Below, piece after piece: positions 35,242-43,972 of a stretch of DNA of 64,000 bases (its first letter is position 1; every line of letters begins with the position of its first letter). Origin of the DNA: Acidimicrobiales bacterium (lineage in GTDB: Bacteria; Actinomycetota; Acidimicrobiia; Acidimicrobiales; Bog-793); NCBI GenBank assembly GCA_050013835.1, contig JBEKEM010000004.1:101569-165568 (forward strand). The letters are read 5' to 3'. The translations under genes were made by a program, and so were the position numbers. The notes below the pieces were generated by a model. It saw only the letters and a program-made list of their open reading frames with translations, did no database searches and had not been told where the DNA came from.

Positions 35242-36868
35242 CGAGCTCGACGGCCTTCACCGCCAGGAGCCCAACGGCGACGGCCAGGTAGGCCCACATT
35301 GCCACCATCGTCAGCCGTCGTCCCCGAGAAAGCACCGGCCGCGCGAGAAGGGTGAGCGGAGGCATCCGCCAGTTCTCGCGCTGGGTGCGCGTCGGGCGGG
35401 GTTCGTCTGGGGCCGGCTTCCGGGCCCGGACGCGCCAGCCGAGAACGGCTGCGGCCGCCCCGCCCCCGGCGAGCACAGCACCGAGGAGCGAGACGACGAG
35501 CTTCACGTCGATGTGGGGGAAGACCGTCGTCGCCATCAAGATGAGCGAGAGCGCGACGAGGACCGAGACGATCAGCCCGGCGACGACGTTCTGCCAGAAG
35601 CGGTTGAGCCAGGGCCCGAGGACCTCGCGGTCGTTGCAGAGCAGTACGAGGAAGACCGTCGCGCTCGGCAGCAACACGCCAGCCAGGGCCTGGACCGCCA
35701 CGGTGATGAGACCGAGCGGAGCGCGCGGGATGAGCACGACTCCCGCGGCGAGAATCACGAGCGCGGAGAACGTCCCGTAGAAGGCCTTGGCGTCGCCTGC
35801 GCGGCGGTGGAGCGAGTGCTTCATCGAGAACATGTCGCCGAAGGCGTACGACGTCGCCAGCGTCACGGCTGCCGCCCCGATGATCGAGGCATTGAGCAGG
35901 ACGATCGAGAAGAGCGTCCCGGCGCCGTTGCCAAGGAAGTGCTCGAGGCCGTGGGCGACCCCGGCGGCGTTCGAGAAACGGCCGGCGAGAGGCGTATTGC
36001 GGAATGCGGAGGCGGCGGTGACGACGATCAGCGTGGCGGCCAACACGGTGACGAGCGAGCCGAGCAGGGTGTCAACGCGCTCATAGTTGATCCAACGCGG
36101 GGTGATCCGCTTGTCGACGATGTTCGACTGCTGGAAGAACAGCTGCCAGGGGGCGACCGTCGTCCCGACAATGGCGATGATGAGCATGATCGCCGTCGAG
36201 CTCACGCCGCCCTGGACGCCGGGGACGACCAGCCCGTGGACGACCGGGCCGATGCGGGGGTGGGAGAAGACGGCGAGCGGGACGACAAGGAAGTTCGCCA
36301 CGACGAAGACGAGCATGAAGCGTTCCCAGCGCCGGAAGCTCCCGGAGACCGTCATCGCGACGAGGCCGACGGCGGCGACAGGCACCGAGATGTACGGGCT
36401 CACACCGAAGTAGCCGAGCGCCAGGCTGACGCCGATGAACTCGGTCACGATCGTGAGAAAGTTGAGGACGAACAGGTCCCCCACCGAGAAGGCGCCCCAG
36501 AACCGGCCGAAACGCTCGAGGATGAGCCGGGCGTGGCCGACGCCCGTCACCGCGCCGAGCCGGACGACCATCTCCTGGTTGACGACGAGCACTGGGATGA
36601 GCAGCGGCAGGGTCCAAAGCAGCGTGAGACCGAAGTTCTGCCCCGCCTGGGCGTAGGTCGCCACACCACCGGCGTCGTTGTCCCCGACCATGACGATGAG
36701 GCCCGGTCCGACGATCGCCGCCAGGGTGAGCAGGCGCGCGAGGAACGACCGGCGCGCGCCGGTGTCGCCGACACTGATCGTGCCGAGGGCGCCCCGGATG
36801 TCTCCGATGTGCGCCTCGTCGAGGACGGCGGGCCTGCCGTCTTCGAAGGCATGGTCGCGACTGGCCAT
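35225..36868 (-). CDS. NRAMP family divalent metal cation transporter with C-terminal extension
   Basis: IVGPGLIVMVGDNDAGGVATYAQAGQNFGLTLLW fits the NRAMP signature region, and the protein has ~11 TM segments. The ATG at 36868 has GGGAGG 10 nt upstream. A GTG at 36925 is possible. Confidence 0.85.
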   Translation of the reverse strand: MASRDHAFEDGRPAVLDEAHIGDIRGALGTISVGDTGARRSFLARLLTLAAIVGPGLIVMVGDNDAGGVATYAQAGQNFGLTLLWTLPLLIPVLVVNQEMVVRLGAVTGVGHARLILERFGRFWGAFSVGDLFVLNFLTIVTEFIGVSLALGYFGVSPYISVPVAAVGLVAMTVSGSFRRWERFMLVFVVANFLVVPLAVFSHPRIGPVVHGLVVPGVQGGVSSTAIMLIIAIVGTTVAPWQLFFQQSNIVDKRITPRWINYERVDTLLGSLVTVLAATLIVVTAASAFRNTPLAGRFSNAAGVAHGLEHFLGNGAGTLFSIVLLNASIIGAAAVTLATSYAFGDMFSMKHSLHRRAGDAKAFYGTFSALVILAAGVVLIPRAPLGLITVAVQALAGVLLPSATVFLVLLCNDREVLGPWLNRFWQNVVAGLIVSVLVALSLILMATTVFPHIDVKLVVSLLGAVLAGGGAAAAVLGWRVRARKPAPDEPRPTRTQRENWRMPPLTLLARPVLSRGRRLTMVAMWAYLAVAVGLLAVKAVELGVGQH

Positions 36869-37359
36869 GCTCGGTTGACCTCCCGCAGATTCGGGCTTCG
36901 CGGACGTTGCTGTTCGGTCGCGCACGCCCGCGGGAGGCCGGTCCGGATCAGCGGACCCTCAAGTCACCTCGCCACGGACGTGCGCCGTCGTCGTTCGGAC
37001 GAACGTTGATCGGCGCTCAGGGGTTCTCCCTTGTCGTGCCCAAGCTCCAGTCGGCGTGGGTGGAGTCCGATGGGCACGGACCGCCGCGGCGAACGCCTCG
37101 GCGCACCCCTCTCGTCAGAGCTTTGGCGCCCGCCGCCGTAGGCCGTTGGGCCAGCCACTTCGGACGATCCCTTGTGCCGGGAAAGTCTGTCCTGACCCGG
37201 AGTGTCTTTGGACAGGTGGGGTCAGTGGCCTCTGTGCGACGAGCCGCCTCACCGAACGAGGTGCGACTGCTTGCACGGGGATGTTACCCGCGGTGCGCGG
37301 GGCGCTCCAGGGGGTCTCGCGGCGCCTCCGCCGCGTCGCCGCCCGGCCGGCGGGAGGGC

Positions 37360-38877
37360 TCAGTCGCTCGGGCAGACCGTGCCCTTCGGCGGGAGCTTGC
37401 CGGTCGCGAGGTACGAGTTGACGTAGTTGCGCACGCACGAGCTGAAGAAGTATCCGGTGTGGCCCGAGCCCGTCCGCGTCAGCAGCTCGGCGTTGTCGAG
37501 CTGCGCCGCGACCGCCTTGGCCCAGCCGTACGGCGTGGCGGGGTCGTCGGTCGAGCCGACGACGAGGATCGTCGGCGTTCCCGGAGCGTGGATCTCGTGC
37601 GGGCGTGCCTCGGCCGGGACCGGCCAGTAGGCGCAGGTGAGCGAGCCCCACGCCTCGGCGGCCCCGAAGTCCGGGGCGATGGCACCGAGCTGGGTCGCCA
37701 GGTGCTCGTAGAAGGCGAGGCCGCGCGGCGAGGGCGCATCCACACAGTTGATCGCGACGTTCGCCTCCTCCTCGTTCGAGAACGTCCCGTTCTGCTGCAG
37801 GCCCTCGTACTCGTAGGCGAGGGCGGCGAGAAGGTCGCCGTTGTGATGCAGGCCCCGGTCGATCGCCAGGCCGAGATACGGCCAGGCCGCCTTGGCGTAA
37901 AGCGAGGAGATGACGCCGAGCTCGGCAACCCCGAGCGTCACCGGCTGGGACCCGCCGTAGATCGGCTTGAAGTCGGCCGTGATCGAGTTGCCGGCGGCAA
38001 GGTAGGCCATCAGCGCGTCGTACGACACCTTGGCCCCGTCGGGCAGGCGGTTGTGGCACGTCGCGTCCTTGTTGCACCAGCTGAAGAAGGCGTGCAGGTC
38101 GCCCTCGAAGCCGAGCGCCTGCTCGCGGTCCCCGGCCGCCAGCGAGAGCGCCGGGTCGACCGCCCCGTCGAGCACCATCTCGCCGATGTGGGTGGGGTAC
38201 TTCGCGGCATACATCTCGCCGATGTACGTCCCGTACGAGAAGCCGAGGTAGAAGAGCTTGGGCTGCCCGAGGTCGGCGCGCAGCCGGTCGAGGTCCTCGA
38301 TCGTCGTCGCCGTGCCGACGTGCTCGAGCAACAGGCGCGACGTGTGGGCGAAGCAGTCGTCGACGAACTGCTTCGCCAGCTGCACGACCCGCGCGATTTC
38401 GACCGGCGTCGACGGCGCCGGGTCCTCCTGGATGAGCGTTCGGGTCTCGTCAGCATTCACGCAGTTGACCGGGTCGCTCCGCTCCACGCCGCGGGGGTCC
38501 CAGCTCACGATGTCGAACTTGGCGCGCAATGACGGCGGGAAGGCGGAGGCGTTCTGCTCGAGAAAGTCGACCCCCGACGCGCCGGGGCCCCCGGGGTTCG
38601 TGAACAGGTCGCCGAGGGGCTTGGCGCTCGAGGAGGGGAGCATCGCGACGGCGAGCTTGAGCGTGCCAAGCGAGGGCGCGGCATAGTCGATCGGCACCGG
38701 GATGGAGGCGCAACGGAGGTTGCTGTAGCCGGGGCAGGTCGTCCACTTGACGCTCCCGGCGTCCGCCGAGGATGCAACCCGGGCGGATGGGGGCACCCCG
38801 ACCGCGCCGGCACCCACCAGCGACGCCGGACCGGCCAGGACGAGCAGCAGGGGGACGAGGGATCTCAATGCACGCAT
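37360..38877 (-). CDS. Secreted alpha/beta hydrolase, S33 tripeptidyl aminopeptidase-like
   Basis: The signal peptide is MRALRSLVPLLLVLAGPASLVGAGA. NPGGPGASGVDF, the nucleophile elbow GFSYGTYIG and a TAP-like C-terminal domain (GSGHTGY) are present. Confidence 0.8.
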   Translation of the reverse strand: MRALRSLVPLLLVLAGPASLVGAGAVGVPPSARVASSADAGSVKWTTCPGYSNLRCASIPVPIDYAAPSLGTLKLAVAMLPSSSAKPLGDLFTNPGGPGASGVDFLEQNASAFPPSLRAKFDIVSWDPRGVERSDPVNCVNADETRTLIQEDPAPSTPVEIARVVQLAKQFVDDCFAHTSRLLLEHVGTATTIEDLDRLRADLGQPKLFYLGFSYGTYIGEMYAAKYPTHIGEMVLDGAVDPALSLAAGDREQALGFEGDLHAFFSWCNKDATCHNRLPDGAKVSYDALMAYLAAGNSITADFKPIYGGSQPVTLGVAELGVISSLYAKAAWPYLGLAIDRGLHHNGDLLAALAYEYEGLQQNGTFSNEEEANVAINCVDAPSPRGLAFYEHLATQLGAIAPDFGAAEAWGSLTCAYWPVPAEARPHEIHAPGTPTILVVGSTDDPATPYGWAKAVAAQLDNAELLTRTGSGHTGYFFSSCVRNYVNSYLATGKLPPKGTVCPSD

Positions 38878-38956
38878 GGGCCGCCTTGCCTGTTTCCGGG
38901 ACACGGGCCGCGTCCCTCCGGCAATCGTAACGGCGCGTCCCGCCAAGGACGTGGCG

Positions 38957-40216
38957 CTACTCCTCGGCCGACGTCATCCCGAAGTCGCGCCTCCACCCCG
39001 TCGGCAGCAGCAGCTCGAGCAGGTCGTCGACCGTGATCACGCCGAGCATGCGGTGGTCCTCGTCGACCACGGGGGCCAGGGAGAGGTTGAAGTCGGACAT
39101 CTTGCGCAGGATCGAATGGACGTCGGCGTCGACGCGCACGGTCACGGGATCGCGCTCGGCGATCGAGGAGAGCTTCGCCTGAGGGGAGGCCTTGAGGAGG
39201 CGCACCACGGAGACGGTCCCGGCGATCCGGCCGTCGGCGTCGGCCGTGTACACCGTGGCGAGCGCCTCGGGGGCGATGTCGCTCCGGCGGACGGCCTCCA
39301 GCGCCTCGCCCGCCGTCGTCGTCGTGGCGAGCGAGAGGAAGTCCGGGTTCATCAGCCCGCCGCCGGTCTCCGGGTTGTAGCTCAGCAACCGTCGCACCTT
39401 GGCCTGCTGGCGCGCCGGCAGTGCCTCGAGGACGGCGAGGCGGCGGTCCTGGTCGAGATCGTTGATGAGGTCCGCCGCGTCGTCGGGCGCCATCGTCGCC
39501 AGCACGCGGGCAGCTTCCGCATCCGAGCGGGACTCGAGGAACTCCCGCTGGTGATCGAGGTCGAGCTCCTCGAACACGTCGGCCTCGAGCTCCCGGTCGA
39601 GGCTCACCGCCTCGATGATCTCCTCCCCCTCCTCGTGGGAGGCCGCCTCGACGAGGTCGGCGATCTGGGCCGGGCGCAGGCGCGACAGCTTGCGCAGCGG
39701 TATCCGCATCCTCGCCGTCGGCACGTGGGAGACGAACGGCTCGATGCTCTCCCAGTCGACGAGCGACTTCGTGCGGATGCGGCGGGCGAGCGGGCGCGGC
39801 ATGAGGCGCCGCAGCACGCCGCGGCCAGAGGGATCGACCCCGACCACCTGCCACACGCCGTCGATCTCGGCGAGCTCGATCTCGTTGGCGCGGATGAGGT
39901 GTGCGCCGGGCACGTGGATGAGGTGGCGCGACTGGAGGTCGCGGTCGAGCAGCAGCTCGCCCGGCCGCCGTTCGAACCGGCCAAGCTCGAGCGTCGCCCC
40001 GATCAGCTGCACGAGCCGCGGTCGCATCGCCTCGATCCGGTCGACCGGGATGAACAGCTCCCGCCCGGCGACGCGCGCGACGAGCCCCGTGATCGGCGGG
40101 TGCGATTGGCCCCCGAGGCGGACGATCAGGTCGTCGACCCGCCCGATCCGGTCGCCCGCCGGGTCGACAAGCGGGCTGCGCAGCAGGGAGGAGAGGTGGA
40201 GGAACTCAGGGGACAT
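38957..40216 (-). CDS. Soluble PRC-barrel / MgtE N-terminal / CBS-pair protein (no membrane domain)
   Basis: A PRC-like N-terminus (LLRSPLVDPAGDRIGRVDDLIVRL) is followed by an MgtE_N-like acidic helical region (AQIADLVEAASHEEGEEIIEAV..DAADLINDLDQD). The C-terminus holds CBS pairs. Confidence 0.7.
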   Translation of the reverse strand: MSPEFLHLSSLLRSPLVDPAGDRIGRVDDLIVRLGGQSHPPITGLVARVAGRELFIPVDRIEAMRPRLVQLIGATLELGRFERRPGELLLDRDLQSRHLIHVPGAHLIRANEIELAEIDGVWQVVGVDPSGRGVLRRLMPRPLARRIRTKSLVDWESIEPFVSHVPTARMRIPLRKLSRLRPAQIADLVEAASHEEGEEIIEAVSLDRELEADVFEELDLDHQREFLESRSDAEAARVLATMAPDDAADLINDLDQDRRLAVLEALPARQQAKVRRLLSYNPETGGGLMNPDFLSLATTTTAGEALEAVRRSDIAPEALATVYTADADGRIAGTVSVVRLLKASPQAKLSSIAERDPVTVRVDADVHSILRKMSDFNLSLAPVVDEDHRMLGVITVDDLLELLLPTGWRRDFGMTSAEE

Positions 40217-40325
40217 CGGGGGTCGAGGCGGAAGACCAACGTCGCGGCTTCGCCACGGGCCACATAGTACCGAGCGCGCAACGGCCCCGGAGGGGCGCCC
40301 GGGCCGGCCCGCCGGGGCGTCGCAT

Positions 40326-40712
40326 TCAGAAGTCGGTGATGGCGAGGACCTGCTTCTGGAACTCGGCGAACTCCGCCGACATCGTGATCGGCAGCAGCGC
40401 CATCAACTTGGCGATGTCGCCGGTCACCTTGACCTTGCCCTGCATGAAGGCGGCGTTGGCGTCGAGCTCACCCTGCTGCATCCGCTTGGCGTCTTCGTAG
40501 CTCTCGGTGAGCGTCACCTCGGCGTCGGCGAGCTCGCCCAGCCGATTCTCGGCCAACTGGCCGTCGACGATGACCCAGTAGTACTGCACGTCGCCGTCCG
40601 GTCCGCCGGTGACGACGTACTGGAGCCGCGCCGAAACGCCCGGGCGGATCGGCTGGGTCGCGGCGAGACGGGTGCTCTCGTCGAGCCACTCCTGCGTGAG
40701 CCACTTCGGCAC
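40326..40712 (-). CDS. SCP2 sterol-binding domain protein
   Basis: The 128-aa ORF has the C-terminal MQGKVKVTGDIAKLMALLP motif typical of SCP2. Confidence 0.75.
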   Translation of the reverse strand: MPKWLTQEWLDESTRLAATQPIRPGVSARLQYVVTGGPDGDVQYYWVIVDGQLAENRLGELADAEVTLTESYEDAKRMQQGELDANAAFMQGKVKVTGDIAKLMALLPITMSAEFAEFQKQVLAITDF

Positions 40713-40766
40713 GTCCGGACCTCCTCGCTGAAAGGACTGGGGCGGCGTTGCCCGCCGTCCCCCTTT

Positions 40767-41654
40767 CTACCCCCCGGAGGCCCCGACCTTCTCCCTTATT
40801 CCGGCGAAGAGGTCGTCCTCCGCCGCCACCGGCCCCAGGAGATTGCGGGCGCACCGGTAGTCCTCGGTCGAGTACAACCCCCGGTCGACCTCCTCGGGCA
40901 GCCCGAACCAGAACGGCGACGAGGGGTCGATCTGCGTCGCGTGGGCGAGCAGGCCACCCCGGCGGGCGTCGTAGTACTCCGAGACGTCGATCCTCGCCGT
41001 GGGCGCCGTCTCGTTCGCCGGGCCGGGCCAACCGTCCTCGAACCACTCGGCGTAGGGCGAACTGATGCCGAGCTCGAGGAACTTCTCGTGCCGGGCGCGG
41101 GTCTGCGCCAGCGACCAGACCGTGTAGTACAGCTTCTGCGGCTGATGGGCCGGCCCGGCCTCCGGGTACGCCGACGGATCGCCAGCAGCCGCGAAGGCGG
41201 CGACGGAGATCTCGTGGACCCGCAGGTGATCCGGGTGCCGGTAGTGGCCCTGTTCGTCGGGGTACGTCACGACGACCTGCGGGCGTGCCCGGCGGATCTC
41301 GGCGACGAGCCGGCCGACCGCCTCGTCGAGCGGCACCCGGGCGAAGCAGCGCGGATCGGCATTCGCCGGCGAACCGGCCATCCCCGAGTCCCGGTAGCCG
41401 AGCAGCACGACGTCGTCGTAGCCGATCAGCGCCGCCGCGGTCTCGAGCTCCCGTCGGCGCACGGCGCCGATGTCGGCGCGGACCGCGGGGGTGTTGAGGG
41501 AGGGATTGAGGATCTCGCCCTCCTCCCCCCCGGTCGCCGTGACAAGGACCGTGCGGACGCCCTCGGCGTGGTAGCGGGCGATCGTGCCGGCGCCCTTCGA
41601 GGCCTCGTCGTCCGGGTGGGCGTGCACCGTAAGAAGGCAGAGGGAATCGGACAT
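40767..41654 (-). CDS. mca: Mycothiol S-conjugate amidase (PIG-L/LmbE family)
   Basis: From MSDSLCLLTVHAHPDDEASKGAGTIARY to LFAGIREK the sequence is co-linear with the Mca sequence I recall (AHPDDE, HPDH, FARVPL). The product is 295 aa. The upstream part of the track ORF is a shadow. Confidence 0.8.
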   Translation of the reverse strand: MSDSLCLLTVHAHPDDEASKGAGTIARYHAEGVRTVLVTATGGEEGEILNPSLNTPAVRADIGAVRRRELETAAALIGYDDVVLLGYRDSGMAGSPANADPRCFARVPLDEAVGRLVAEIRRARPQVVVTYPDEQGHYRHPDHLRVHEISVAAFAAAGDPSAYPEAGPAHQPQKLYYTVWSLAQTRARHEKFLELGISSPYAEWFEDGWPGPANETAPTARIDVSEYYDARRGGLLAHATQIDPSSPFWFGLPEEVDRGLYSTEDYRCARNLLGPVAAEDDLFAGIREKVGASGG

Positions 41655-41864
41655 CGCTACGACGTTACCGTCGGCGGCCCGCCCTCCATCCGGCGTGTCG
41701 CCAGCGGCACGACCCGGCCGACGGCTAGCGGCCCCGAGCGTCACCAGCCAGGACTGTCGGCGTATGCTCGAATCCTCGAAGGCCGCGGCCATGGTGTCGC
41801 GGGCGCGGGAAGTCTGGCTGACGGCCGACCATTCGGGGCATGGAGCGCCCGGGAGGAGCGAGCG

Positions 41865-42722
41865 ATGAGCGTGATGAAACGCCTGAGCGGCGTCGTGCAG
41901 GCGAAGGCGAACAAGGTCCTCGACCGGGTCGAGGACCCCCGCGAGACGCTCGACCTGTCTTACGAAAAGCAGCTCGAGCAGCTCCAGCAGGTCCGCCGGG
42001 GCGTCGCCGACGTCGCGACGGCCCGCAAGAGGATCGAGCTCCAGGCCGAACAGCTCCAGGCGAGCGCCACGAAGCTGCAGGACCAGGCGCGCACCGCCCT
42101 CGCCCAGAACCGGGAGGACCTCGCCCGCGAGGCACTCACCCGGCGCGCCGCGATCGCGACCCAGCTCGAAGGGCTGAAGACCCAACACGACCAGCTCGTC
42201 GCCCAGGAGGACAAGCTCGTCCTCACGACCCAGCAGCTGCAGTCGCGCGTCGAGGCGTTCCGGACCCAGAAAGAGACCCTGAAGGCCAGCTACACCGCCG
42301 CCCAGGCCCAGACCAAGATCGGCGAGGCCGTCTCGGGCATCTCCGAGTCGATGAGCGACACGGGCATGGCGATGCAGCGGGCCCAGGACAAGATCGCCCA
42401 GATGCAGGCCCGCGCCGGCGCCGTCGACGAGCTGCTCGCCTCGGGCGCCCTTACCGACCTCTCCGGCTCGACCGACCCGATCCAGGCCGAGCTCGACAAG
42501 GCGTCGAAGTCCGGCCAGGTCGACGCCGAACTCGCCCAGCTGAAGGGTCAGCTCGCGGCCGCCGGCCCCGCCGGAGCCCTCGGGGCGCCCGACAAGCCCG
42601 CCGAGGCCGCACCCGAGGACGACAAGGTCGTCGACGCCGAGCCGGAGCGAGACGAGCCGGCCGCCGACGCCCCGAAGAGCCCGGACCCGTTCACCCTCGA
42701 GGACAAGAAAGGCGAGTCATGA
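41865..42722 (+). CDS. pspA: PspA/IM30 family protein
   Basis: A GGGAGGAG SD precedes the ATG. The coiled-coil sequence MSVMKRLSGVVQAKANKVLDRVEDPRETLDLSYEKQLEQLQQV is present, with an acidic Pro-rich tail. Only the last 286 codons of track ORF 39615..42722 are real. Confidence 0.9.
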   Translation: MSVMKRLSGVVQAKANKVLDRVEDPRETLDLSYEKQLEQLQQVRRGVADVATARKRIELQAEQLQASATKLQDQARTALAQNREDLAREALTRRAAIATQLEGLKTQHDQLVAQEDKLVLTTQQLQSRVEAFRTQKETLKASYTAAQAQTKIGEAVSGISESMSDTGMAMQRAQDKIAQMQARAGAVDELLASGALTDLSGSTDPIQAELDKASKSGQVDAELAQLKGQLAAAGPAGALGAPDKPAEAAPEDDKVVDAEPERDEPAADAPKSPDPFTLEDKKGES

Positions 42723-43009
42723 TCGTCCGCATCCTCGAAGACGGCCAGTACAAGGTCGACAAGTCGACGGCCAAGAAGCTCGACGAGCTCGACGCCAAGC
42801 TCGCCAAGGCGCTCGACAAGGGCGACGACAGTGCCTTCGCCAAGCACCTCGCCGGCCTCGTGAAGACCGTGCACTCCTCGGGCAAGCGGCTCGACCCGAG
42901 CGTCATCACGCCCTCTGACCTGGCGATACCTGCCCCCACCTCGACGCTCGCCGAGGTGCGCGAGCTGCTCTCGTCGGAGACGATGAAGGTGAAGAAGAAG
43001 AAGGGCTGA
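42719..43009 (+). CDS. Small PspA-associated protein (PspAA-like)
   Basis: The 96-aa product begins MIVRILEDGQYKVDKSTAKKLDELDAKLAKALDKGDD. Its ATG overlaps the pspA stop (ATGA at 42719-42722). The family name is from memory of comparative Psp surveys. Confidence 0.65.
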   Translation: MIVRILEDGQYKVDKSTAKKLDELDAKLAKALDKGDDSAFAKHLAGLVKTVHSSGKRLDPSVITPSDLAIPAPTSTLAEVRELLSSETMKVKKKKG

Positions 43010-43017
43010 CCCGGAAC

Positions 43018-43959
43018 ATGGCAACAACTCGTACCCGTTACCCCGCCGACCGCGGCCTCCAGGCCCACATGCTGCTCACGATGTTCCTCCTCGGGCTGCT
43101 CTACGCCGTCGTCATCGCGGGGCTGGTGCTCGCCAAGATCAACCTCGCCTTCATCCTCGTCATCGGTTGCGGGATCCTCTTCGTCCAGTACTACTTCTCG
43201 GACAAGATCGCCCTGTACTCGATGGGCGGCAGGATCGTCACGCCCGAGCAACAGCCCCAGCTCCACGCCATCATCGACCGGCTCGTGGCGATGGCCAACA
43301 TCCCGAAGCCCCGCGTCGCCATCGCCCAGACCGACATCCCGAACGCCTTCGCCACGGGACGCGACCAGAAGCACGCCGTCGTCTGCGTGACGACGGGGCT
43401 GTTGCGGCGGCTGAACGAGCCCGAGGTCGAGGCGGTGCTCTCCCACGAGCTTTCCCACGTCGCCCACCGCGACGTCGCGGTGATGACGATCGCGAGCTTC
43501 CTCGGCATCATCGCCGGCCTCATGACCCGCGTGTTCATGCTCATGGGCCTCTTCGGCGGCTACGGCAACAGCCGGGGCAGGGGAGGTGGCAGCGCCGGCG
43601 GCCAGATGGCGCTGATCGAGATGGGCGGGCTCCTCGTCTCGGCGATCCTCTACGCCATCAGCTTCATCCTCATCCGGGCGCTCTCGCGCTACCGCGAGCT
43701 GGCGGCCGACCGGTCCGGCGCGATCCTGATCGGCCAGCCCGCCCTGCTCGCCGAGGCGCTCGTCAAGGTGAGCGGGGAGATGTCCCGCATCCCGTCGCGG
43801 GACCTGCGAGCGGCCGAGCACTTCAACGCCTTCTACTTCGCCCCCGCCCTCGCCCCCGGCATGAGCCTCTCCTCGCTCTTCTCGACCCACCCGCCGCTGC
43901 AGAAGCGCCTCGACCAGCTCGCCAAGCTCGACGCCCAGATGCGTCACAGCGCCGCCTGA
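43018..43959 (+). CDS. htpX: Zinc metalloprotease HtpX homolog (M48)
   Basis: HELSHVAHRD is the HEXXH motif. There are four TM segments, and the C-terminus reads FSTHPPLQKRL. Confidence 0.9.
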   Translation: MATTRTRYPADRGLQAHMLLTMFLLGLLYAVVIAGLVLAKINLAFILVIGCGILFVQYYFSDKIALYSMGGRIVTPEQQPQLHAIIDRLVAMANIPKPRVAIAQTDIPNAFATGRDQKHAVVCVTTGLLRRLNEPEVEAVLSHELSHVAHRDVAVMTIASFLGIIAGLMTRVFMLMGLFGGYGNSRGRGGGSAGGQMALIEMGGLLVSAILYAISFILIRALSRYRELAADRSGAILIGQPALLAEALVKVSGEMSRIPSRDLRAAEHFNAFYFAPALAPGMSLSSLFSTHPPLQKRLDQLAKLDAQMRHSAA

Positions 43960-43972
43960 CCAGCCGGCGGCG

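Noticed and set aside
36926-37359. gccactg (a B12-box-like heptamer, complement of plus-strand 37221-37227) and aagggagaac...cttgagggtcc (yybP-like) in the NRAMP leader.
   Set aside because: I could not build the surrounding conserved helices and junction nucleotides for either riboswitch class. The leader is kept only as a generic structured-leader candidate.
39615-42722. 1035-aa plus-strand ORF.
   Set aside because: Only the last 286 codons (from the ATG at 41865, which has an SD) are PspA. The upstream part is antisense to the CBS protein, SCP2 and mca genes and reads as junk.
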